This document shows, piece after piece, positions 51,290 to 59,342 of a stretch of DNA of 64,000 nt (its first letter is position 1; each line of letters begins with the position of its first letter). The notes beneath the pieces were generated by a model that had not been told where the DNA came from, searched no databases, and saw nothing but the letters and a program-made list of their open reading frames with translations. The stretch is from assembly GCA_030950365.1 (NCBI GenBank), contig JAUZRQ010000072.1:64847-128846 (forward strand). The letters run 5' to 3'. The translations under genes and the position numbers were made by a program. Source of the stretch: Candidatus Zhuqueibacterota bacterium (GTDB lineage Bacteria > Zhuqueibacterota > Zhuqueibacteria > Zhuqueibacterales > Geothermadaptataceae).

Positions 51290-53128
51290 ATGCGACGGCG
51301 TTTCAAAGTTCGTCTATGGATGGTGATGCTTACGGTCCTGGTGGGACTGATGTCCTGCGAACGCATCCCGCTACCTGATACATCTGCGGACATTGCGGCT
51401 GAGGATATCTATGCGCACGTGTCCTATCTGGCTTCGGATGAGCTGGGCGGACGGCCAGCGGGTTCCAAATTCGAGAAAAAAGCGGCGCGTTACATCGAAG
51501 CGTTTTTCAAGAGAAACGACTTGAAACCGGCCGGCAAAGATGGCCGCTACCTGTTTCCGTTCGAAATCGTGACCGGCATGAAGGCCGGTCCGGAAAACGG
51601 GCTGTCGATCAAAATCGGCGATGGTGAAAAAGAATACTTTTTGAACAACGATTTTATCCCGCTATCGTTCACCGACAATGGTTCGTTCGAGGGAGAGCTG
51701 GTGTTTGTGGGCTACGGCATTGAGGCGCCGGATTTGAAATACAATGATTACGACCACATCGACGTCAAGGATAAAATTGTGCTGGCGCTTCGCTTTACGC
51801 CTGAGGGCAACAATCCACACGGCGATTTTTATTCGTTTGCTTCGCTGCGGCGCAAGGCCACCACGGCCCGCGAGAAAGGCGCTCGCGGCATCATCTTCGT
51901 CACCGGGCCGCTGCAGAGCGATGAAGATGATCTGGTGCCACTGCGTTACGACAATTCGCCGTCGCGTTCCGGTATCGGGGCCATCAGCCTGAAACGGGAA
52001 ATCGCCGAAACCATTTTCGCGGCCGAAGGCAAATCGCTCGAAGACCTTCAGAAGCAGATCGACGAGCAGAAATCCCCGCACTCGTTCCTTTTAAAACAAA
52101 CCTACGTGCGTTTCAAAACCGATGTGCAGGAAGTGCGGCGGACGGCGCATAATGTGGCCGGGTTGCTGGAAGGCAGCGATCCTAATTTGAGCGAGGAGAT
52201 CATCGTGGTGGGTGCGCATTTCGATCATCTCGGGCTGGGCGGCAGCAACTCGCTGGCGCCGGAAGCCAGGGGACAGATTCACAATGGCGCCGATGACAAT
52301 GCATCTGGCACGGCCGGTTTACTGGAACTGGTGGAAGCGCTGACCCAGAGTAGCGAAAAACCGCGCCGCAGTGTGCTGTTTATTGCGTTTTCGGCCGAGG
52401 AGCACGGTCTGCTCGGTTCGCGCGCCTATGTGGATGATCCCGATTTCCCGGCCGCCCGCGTCGTGGCGATGATCAATATGGACATGATTGGCCGTATGAA
52501 AGACAACAAGCTGGTCGTGCACGGCCTCGGCACCTCACCGGCCTGGCAGGCCATGCTGGATTCGCTGAACCGCGAAGAGACGTTCAATTTCAATCTTAAA
52601 CTGAACAAAGAAGGCGTCGGGCCGAGCGATCACTCCAGCTTTTATCAGAAAAACATCCCGGTGCTGTTTTTCTTTACCGGCCTGCATGAGGATTATCACA
52701 AGCCCAGCGATGATTACGATAAGATCAACACCGAAGACGAAGCACGCGTGGTGCAGTTTGTGGCGCAGGTGATCCGGTCGATCGATGCGCTGCCAGCACG
52801 GCCCAAATTCACTAAAGTGGATATGCCCGAGCGCCGGCAAACTCAGGGCGGGTTTCGGGTGTATCTCGGCACCATCCCGGATTATGCCGACACCGATGTC
52901 GAAGGCATGAAACTTTCTGGAGTGCGCAAAGGCGGGCCAGCGGAAAAGGCCGGGTTGCGGGCCGGTGACATTATCATCCAATTTGGTGATCGCGAAATCA
53001 AAAACGTGTATGATTACACATACGCGCTGCAGGATGCGCGGCCCGGACAGGAAGTGGATATCGTGGTGCTGCGGGACGGCAAAAAGGTCACCATCCATAT
53101 GACCCTGCAGGGCCGCAAGAAACGATAG
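51290..53128 (+). CDS. M28-family metallopeptidase with PA domain and C-terminal PDZ domain
   Basis: M28 motifs VVGAHFDHLG, NGADDNASG, FSAEEHGLLGS and HKPSDD. PDZ segment GVRKGGPAEKAGLRAGDIIIQFGDREI. Confidence 0.85.
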   Translation: MRRRFKVRLWMVMLTVLVGLMSCERIPLPDTSADIAAEDIYAHVSYLASDELGGRPAGSKFEKKAARYIEAFFKRNDLKPAGKDGRYLFPFEIVTGMKAGPENGLSIKIGDGEKEYFLNNDFIPLSFTDNGSFEGELVFVGYGIEAPDLKYNDYDHIDVKDKIVLALRFTPEGNNPHGDFYSFASLRRKATTAREKGARGIIFVTGPLQSDEDDLVPLRYDNSPSRSGIGAISLKREIAETIFAAEGKSLEDLQKQIDEQKSPHSFLLKQTYVRFKTDVQEVRRTAHNVAGLLEGSDPNLSEEIIVVGAHFDHLGLGGSNSLAPEARGQIHNGADDNASGTAGLLELVEALTQSSEKPRRSVLFIAFSAEEHGLLGSRAYVDDPDFPAARVVAMINMDMIGRMKDNKLVVHGLGTSPAWQAMLDSLNREETFNFNLKLNKEGVGPSDHSSFYQKNIPVLFFFTGLHEDYHKPSDDYDKINTEDEARVVQFVAQVIRSIDALPARPKFTKVDMPERRQTQGGFRVYLGTIPDYADTDVEGMKLSGVRKGGPAEKAGLRAGDIIIQFGDREIKNVYDYTYALQDARPGQEVDIVVLRDGKKVTIHMTLQGRKKR

Positions 53129-53144
53129 CGCCCGGCCGGAACGC

Positions 53145-54302
53145 TCAGCAGCAGTAATTGGCTGCGGTGTGCACCAGGATGGCGGCCAGCTTTTCCACGG
53201 ATTCGATATCCACCCATTCTTCGGCCGAGTGTGCGCCGCCTCCACTGGGGCCAAACACCACGGTTTCGATACCGGCGCCGGCCAGCAGTGCCGCATCCAT
53301 CCACGGTGTGTCGCCGACCATGGCCGGCGGCTTTTGCAGCACGCGTGTCGCGCTTGCGTGCAGTGTTTGCACGATGCCGGCTTCGGCGTCCACCTCAAAC
53401 GGCTCGCGCACGCACAGAGTGGTGAGCTTGGCCTGAAAGGTTTCATCCTGCTGCGACAGCTTTTGCAGGATTTTTTCAATCTCGCGCCGTACCGATTCCT
53501 CGGTTTCGCCGGGGACGGTACGGCGTTCGATTTTGAGCTCGCAACGCGCCGCATAGGTGCTCAGGCCGGTGCCTCCGCGCAATATTGCTGCATGCAGTGA
53601 GGGCGGACCGACCAGCGGATGCCTTTTGCGCTGCCGCAGCGATTTTTCCAGCTTTTCCAGCTCGTGCAACACCCGCCCCATGCGCATATTGGCGTCGATG
53701 CCTTCCTCGAAACGGCTGCCGTGAGCCGCTCGGCCGAGGGTCTCCACCTCGAACCAGACAAAACCCTTGTGCGCCAGACAAAGCTGCAACTGGCTGGGCT
53801 CGGTGACGATGGCGGCATCGGTTTTATAATGTCGCAACACTTCCTGCGTGCCGATGCTTTCGTACTCCTCATCGGCGACGAACGCCAGCACGAGATCGCC
53901 CTGCAGCTCGATGTCGCTGTCCAGAATGGCCCGGGCCGCGGCCAGCATGGCGGCCACGCTGCCCTTCATGTCGTAGGCGCCGCGGCCGTACAGCCGGCCG
54001 TTGCGCACGGTGGCGGCGAACGGCTCGCTCATATCGGCCACGCCCACAGTGTCGATATGAGCATTGAGCATCAGGCTTTTGCCATGGCCTTTGCCTGGCA
54101 GAACTCCCACAACGCTCGGCCGCCCGCGGATGGATTCCAGCAGGTTGATTTCCACGCCCATGTTGCGCAGGCTCTCGGCGATGTGCTGAGCAATTTCGCG
54201 CTCGCCCCTGCCTTCGGGGGCGATGCAGGGATTGACGGAGTTGATGCGAACCAATTCCTGTAGCGTATGAAACAAAAAGGTGCGATCCAATACGAATTCC
54301 AT
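53145..54302 (-). CDS. M20-family deacylase (ArgE/DapE-like)
   Basis: LMLNAHIDTVG, GRGAYDMKGS, FVADEEYES and GGGAHSAEEWV. Confidence 0.8.
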   Translation of the reverse strand: MEFVLDRTFLFHTLQELVRINSVNPCIAPEGRGEREIAQHIAESLRNMGVEINLLESIRGRPSVVGVLPGKGHGKSLMLNAHIDTVGVADMSEPFAATVRNGRLYGRGAYDMKGSVAAMLAAARAILDSDIELQGDLVLAFVADEEYESIGTQEVLRHYKTDAAIVTEPSQLQLCLAHKGFVWFEVETLGRAAHGSRFEEGIDANMRMGRVLHELEKLEKSLRQRKRHPLVGPPSLHAAILRGGTGLSTYAARCELKIERRTVPGETEESVRREIEKILQKLSQQDETFQAKLTTLCVREPFEVDAEAGIVQTLHASATRVLQKPPAMVGDTPWMDAALLAGAGIETVVFGPSGGGAHSAEEWVDIESVEKLAAILVHTAANYCC

Positions 54303-54854
54303 GGTGATTGGCCCTCACAGCGTTTGATATTGGCCGGCTACCAGAAAGCGGTCCGTTCTGATTTTCATCCTCGGCGGTAATCCGAATTTCCGCAGAAATT
54401 TTTCAAATTGCAAATGAATTTTTCAGCAGGGGTACGAAGAAATAGCGGAAAACAGGGAAGCATCGCCTTTTCGCATACTAAAGGCATTTTTCAGTTTTTT
54501 TAGACGCACCCGTTTCGACGGTTTGCCAGAGAAGCAGCAGCGCAAACCCCTTACTGGCTCCAAAAAGCGTCGATCGTCTCGTGGTGGCCTCCGAGTATTG
54601 GGAATCCCGGTTCATTCAAGACGTGTCTCGGTTTAAAGCGGTATGCAGAAAAAACCGAAAACCCCTTGAAAAATTACGGGGATATTTTTAAGCAAGCAAG
54701 AAAGGTAAAGCATATTTAGGCCCATATTCAAACCGAAAATCCTTGCGCTACTTCATTGGAATTGGCTATTTTCTCACGGTCTGATTTTCAAACCATTTGT
54801 CATGCAATTTTTGCCAGCAAACGCACAAACGCGGACCGATAGCGAGGAGGGACC

Positions 54855-56066
54855 ATGCCTTTGATCCAGGACCCCATGGCGGTTTTTGCCTTTGCCGCCG
54901 GAGTATGCGCCTTTGTCTTCTGGTCATCCAAACAGCGGTGGGCCAAAAAGTTTTATAGCATCATCCCATCGATCGTTTTGGTTTACTACATACCGACCTT
55001 TGCTTCGAATCTGAATATCATCCCCACATCTTCTCCTGTGTATGATTGGATGAAAGATTACCTGCTGCCATTCAGCCTGTTCATTCTGATGATCACCATG
55101 GATGTGCCGAGCATTCTAAAGATCGGTCCAAAAGCGCTCGGCATGATGCTGTTCGGCACATTGGGGGTTGTGGTCGGAGGGCCAATAGCTTATTTGCTGT
55201 TTGAGACCTATTTGCCTCCAGACACCTGGAAAGGTCTGGCGGCGCTTTCGGGAAGCTGGATCGGCGGCGGCGGGAATTTTGCGGCCCTGAAAGAAGCGGT
55301 TGGCGCACCGGATAGCCTGATCGGAGCCATTATCATTGTGGATACCGCGGTGGGGTATGCCTGGATGGGGGTTCTTTTGTTTTTGGTGAATTACGAACGA
55401 AAATTTGATCGCTGGAACCGGGCCAGCACGCAGATCATTGAAGAAATCAATCAGCGGCTGCAGGATTTTCAGGAGACGAAGGGCCGACCCATGACGTTGT
55501 CCGATGCAGCAGTCATTCTGGCCATTGGCTTTATCGGCGCGGTGGGCAGCCAGAAACTAGCCACGGTGATTTACGACGCTACCCATGGCGCAATGGCCAC
55601 GCATCTACCGCTTTTGGCGTCTATTTTTTCTCAGTTCACCTGGCTGGTGATCCTGATATCGACCCTGGGGGTGCTGCTGTCGTTTACGCCGCTGCGAAAC
55701 ATCGAATATGCCGGCGCTTCCAAACTGGGATATGCCGGTCTGTATTTGTTTCTCACCTCGATCGGCGCCAAGGCCAGTCTGTCTGGCATCAAAGAAGCGT
55801 GGATTTTGATCCTGGTCGGCGCGGTGTGGATTGTGATTCATGTCGGCTTTCTGTTTCTCGGAGCTCGGCTACTGCGGGCGCCGCTGTTTCTGGTGGCGGT
55901 GGGCAGTCAGGCGAATATCGGCGGAGCGGCCAGCGCGCCGATCGTGGCGGCGGCCTATTATGAGTCCATGGCGCCGGTGGGACTGCTCATGGGAATTTTG
56001 GGATACCTGTTGGGCAATTATGCTGGTTTGTTGTGTGCCTTTCTGCTACGATTGGTTGGCGGTTGA
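54855..56066 (+). CDS. DUF819-family integral membrane protein
   Basis: RBS GAGGAGGGA. About 11 TM segments. The LSGSWIGGGGNFAALKEA block is what I remember as the DUF819 signature. Confidence 0.6.
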   Translation: MPLIQDPMAVFAFAAGVCAFVFWSSKQRWAKKFYSIIPSIVLVYYIPTFASNLNIIPTSSPVYDWMKDYLLPFSLFILMITMDVPSILKIGPKALGMMLFGTLGVVVGGPIAYLLFETYLPPDTWKGLAALSGSWIGGGGNFAALKEAVGAPDSLIGAIIIVDTAVGYAWMGVLLFLVNYERKFDRWNRASTQIIEEINQRLQDFQETKGRPMTLSDAAVILAIGFIGAVGSQKLATVIYDATHGAMATHLPLLASIFSQFTWLVILISTLGVLLSFTPLRNIEYAGASKLGYAGLYLFLTSIGAKASLSGIKEAWILILVGAVWIVIHVGFLFLGARLLRAPLFLVAVGSQANIGGAASAPIVAAAYYESMAPVGLLMGILGYLLGNYAGLLCAFLLRLVGG

Positions 56067-56155
56067 TTCGAGGGACAGAAAATGCCAGGGAAACAAAACT
56101 TTATTGGCGCAGGCAAATAAAAATCCGTTTGCTCAGAAAACCAAGAGGGGCAATC

Positions 56156-56797
56156 ATGAGGGAACCATCCGTGTCTTTTCACGACCACTGGGATCGCGTT
56201 TACGATTCAAGCGACGTGGACAAACTGGGATGGTGGGAAGCCGTGCCGGAGAAATCGCTGCACCTGATCCGCCGATGCGGGCTTGGTAAGGATGACCTGA
56301 TTCTGGATATTGGCACCGGGGCTTCCACCCTCATTGATCGGTTGCTCGATGACGGGCACCGCAATATCATCGCCTCAGACATTAGCGAAAAAGCGCTGCA
56401 GGCGCTGAAACACCGGCTCGGTCCGGAACGCGCTTCCCGGGTGACCTGGATTGTGGATGACGTGACCCGGCCACAGCATCTGTGTCATTTGCGCGATGTC
56501 TGCCTGTGGCACGACCGCGCGGTGCTGCATTTTCTCACCGAGGAACCGCATCGGCAGGCCTATTTGAACACCCTGCGGGCCGTGCTGAAGGTGGAGGGCT
56601 TCGCCGTTATTGCGGCGTTCCATTTGACCGGTGCGGACAAATGTAGCGGATTGCCGGTTCGCAAATACGATGAAACGTTGCTGGCCGAATTTTTGGGCGA
56701 AGATTTCTTGCTGGAAGACCATTTTCAGTACACATACCACACGCCTTTGGGATCACCGCGACCCTACATTTACACGCGCTTCCGACGCCTCCGATAA
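56156..56797 (+). CDS. Class I SAM-dependent methyltransferase
   Basis: ILDIGTGASTLIDRLL...IIASDIS SAM-binding motif. The ATG at 56156 follows AGAGGGG. The upstream part of the track ORF overlaps the DUF819 gene. Confidence 0.75.
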   Translation: MREPSVSFHDHWDRVYDSSDVDKLGWWEAVPEKSLHLIRRCGLGKDDLILDIGTGASTLIDRLLDDGHRNIIASDISEKALQALKHRLGPERASRVTWIVDDVTRPQHLCHLRDVCLWHDRAVLHFLTEEPHRQAYLNTLRAVLKVEGFAVIAAFHLTGADKCSGLPVRKYDETLLAEFLGEDFLLEDHFQYTYHTPLGSPRPYIYTRFRRLR

Positions 56798-58008
56798 TCA
56801 GGCTTTTGAGTAGAGGGCTGTTCCTCTGACTTTGGTTCATGAATTTTGGAAGTCGGCTCCGGCTGATCTTGGAGCGCACCTTCCATGTCCATGGCGCTGG
56901 CGGCTTGGAGCTGTGAACGAAACTCGATGCTGTAAATCTCCAGAATGCTCAGAAACAAAGTGGCAATGACCGGGCCGACGATAAAGCCCATCACTCCGAA
57001 CATGCTCATGCCACCAATGGTAGAAAAGAAGATCAACAGGTCGTGCATGCCGGTATCCCTGCCAACCAGCTTCGGCCGCATGAAATTGTCCAGATTGCTG
57101 ATCACGATTGCCGTGACCAGTAGGATGGTCAGTCCCTGCCAAAAGCTACCGGCGAGCATGTAATAAATGCCGATGGGATACAGTACCAGCCAGGCCCCCA
57201 CCATGGGAATGATCGACAGGAAGAACATCACGATGCCGGCCACGATGGGCGAGCCGAATCCCATGATCCACAGCAGCAGGGCGCCCAGACCGCCCTGCGT
57301 GAGGCCGATGAGCAGCGTGCCCTTCACCGTGGCGCGGGACATGGAAATGAACCGCTTGAACAGCATTTCCTCGTGGCGGTCGTTAAGCGGGCTGAGGTAC
57401 TTGATCCGGTTGAGCAGCCGTTCGCCATCCTTAAAAAAATAGTACAGGGTGAAAAACATGATGAACACATGCATCATGAATTGAAAGGTTCCAGCCCAGG
57501 TCTTGTTGATCAGGGTGATCAAGATATTGCTGAGGCCGCGCAAGCCCTCCCGCAGCGAACTTACCAAATCGATGTTTTGTAAATCGATGCCGAAGCGCTG
57601 GATCCACTCGCTGGTCGCCAGCCGGTCGATGACGCTGGGGTCGAGCTGTTCCAGTATTTTCTGAACGGTTTCTTCGTTTTGTTGATACAAATGCACCACT
57701 TCGCGGCGCAGCAGATCGGCAACCAGATAAGTTGGAATGAGCATCACCAGGCCCAACAACAGACAGGCGAGAAATGCACTCAACCCGCGGCGATTTTTGG
57801 TGACTTGCAACAACCATTCGTAAAGTGGGTAAATCAGGCCGGCGAATACTGCTGCCAGAAATACCGGAATGAGAAAGATTTTTAACATGTTGTAAAACAC
57901 TACGGCGATGGCAAACAGCACGATCAGTAGAAAATAGCGGCTCAGTTTCTGCGTATCCCATGTTGGGTCCGGCGCGGGCGAAGGCGCCGGACTGATTTTT
58001 TCAGTCAT
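56770..58008 (-). CDS. AI-2E family transporter (PerM/UPF0118)
   Basis: Eight TM segments and a PerM-like layout. The start is set at MTEKISP (58008), which overlaps the upstream gene's stop by 4 nt. The longer track ORF has a non-protein-like N-terminus. Confidence 0.75.
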   Translation of the reverse strand: MTEKISPAPSPAPDPTWDTQKLSRYFLLIVLFAIAVVFYNMLKIFLIPVFLAAVFAGLIYPLYEWLLQVTKNRRGLSAFLACLLLGLVMLIPTYLVADLLRREVVHLYQQNEETVQKILEQLDPSVIDRLATSEWIQRFGIDLQNIDLVSSLREGLRGLSNILITLINKTWAGTFQFMMHVFIMFFTLYYFFKDGERLLNRIKYLSPLNDRHEEMLFKRFISMSRATVKGTLLIGLTQGGLGALLLWIMGFGSPIVAGIVMFFLSIIPMVGAWLVLYPIGIYYMLAGSFWQGLTILLVTAIVISNLDNFMRPKLVGRDTGMHDLLIFFSTIGGMSMFGVMGFIVGPVIATLFLSILEIYSIEFRSQLQAASAMDMEGALQDQPEPTSKIHEPKSEEQPSTQKPDYRRRRKRV

Positions 58009-58757
58009 GGTTTCCCCACAGGCGTTTGAACGTCCCGTTTTAGCGCATAGCTGGCTGAAGCGTGCACCAGCGCACGAAACAGGCGGCGGTGCGCCGGATG
58101 CTCCGGTATGAGTTCCGGATGCCACTGCACGGCCAGAGCCCAGGGATGCGAAGTGTGTTCCATGGCTTCGATGATGCCGTCCGGTGCCGTGGCTGATACG
58201 CGCCATCCTTCTCCTGGGCGATCCACGGCCTGATGATGCAGCGACGCCACCATAATCTCTGGCTGTTCAACGATGCGGTACAGGCATGAATCCACTTCGA
58301 TGCGTACTGCGTGTTCGACGTAAGTTGCCGGCTCGCGGCGGTGCGCAATTTCCGACGGCCACTGGGTGGGAATGTCAAGAATGAGATCGCCGCCGGAGAT
58401 GACGCTCAGCACCTGCATGCCGCGACAGATACCCAGGAGCGGTTTGCGCGTATCCAGCCACTGCCGCGCCAGGGCCAGCTCAAAGTCGTCCCGCTCGGGA
58501 TCGACCTGCGATACCGCAGGATGGCCCTGGCGGCCGAACCGGTCCGGGGCAATGTCGCCGCCGCCGGCTAAAATCAGGCCGTCGAGCCGCTGCAACAGCG
58601 CTTTGATGCGAGGTTCGCCCGGGGCCAGCAACACCGGCACGCCGCCGGCCTGCCGGACGGCTTCGAGGTATTCGGCCATCAGAAAGTAGGCGTTTCGCCG
58701 GTTGCGGCCGTACGTGGTGAGACCGATCAACGGTGCGGTCTGTTCCTGACGGTTCAT
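58005..58757 (-). CDS. Class-I glutamine amidotransferase-like hydrolase (peptidase C26 / PuuD-like)
   Basis: IGLTTY...GLILAGGGDI...LLGICRGMQVL...HHQAV. The catalytic Cys-His arrangement fits gamma-glutamyl-GABA hydrolase-type enzymes. Confidence 0.8.
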   Translation of the reverse strand: MNRQEQTAPLIGLTTYGRNRRNAYFLMAEYLEAVRQAGGVPVLLAPGEPRIKALLQRLDGLILAGGGDIAPDRFGRQGHPAVSQVDPERDDFELALARQWLDTRKPLLGICRGMQVLSVISGGDLILDIPTQWPSEIAHRREPATYVEHAVRIEVDSCLYRIVEQPEIMVASLHHQAVDRPGEGWRVSATAPDGIIEAMEHTSHPWALAVQWHPELIPEHPAHRRLFRALVHASASYALKRDVQTPVGKP

Positions 58758-59139
58758 GCAACTCCTGGATGGAAATAGTTTTGCCTTTTGATCGCTTTCA
58801 GAGCGCGATTTCGCCCGGCCGGCGATGCGCTTATGGACAACCGGGCGCAGGCACGTTCAGTAATCACAAAATACAGGGAATTTGCCGATTTGCAAGGAAA
58901 TTTTACCGCTATGTAGACCCTGACGCTGCGTCTATGATGGGTAACTGCATTTTTTAAAAGATTGGCCCGCCATAAAGTTGCAAAGCTCACCTTTGTTCGC
59001 CATTTTTTATCTGGTAGGACATAGAGTTGGAAACACCCGGTCAGAGGCCGTGCAAGATCGGGGACTGGCTCTCCCATTCGAAAACGATGAAAACTGCTCC
59101 CATGTCAAAAAGGGCAAAGAGAACCACCTCTGCGATCTC

Positions 59140-59252
59140 GTAACGACTCAGCCCTATCTACAAGCTATTATAGGATCCGTCATCGCGAGCCTCCGCCGGC
59201 TGGCGGATCCTCGTAATGATGGTGGGAATGCCCAATTTGTTCTTTTTAATAA
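59140..59252 (-). repeat. Family-A related repeat fragment, copy A4
   Basis: GTAACGACTCAGCC...CCGTCATCGCGAGCCTCCGCCGGCTGGCGGATCCTCGTAATGATGG...TTTTTAATAATTTC. It has the same hairpin core and end motifs as A1 and A2 but is shorter and diverged. Confidence 0.5.
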
Positions 59253-59342
59253 TTTCGCGATCCCGGCGTTCTCTGCGAGAGTGTTCCTTTCTCGGTTTTG
59301 GGATTTCTGTGCCCATGCGCCGCGATTCCCATGGCGACCGCA

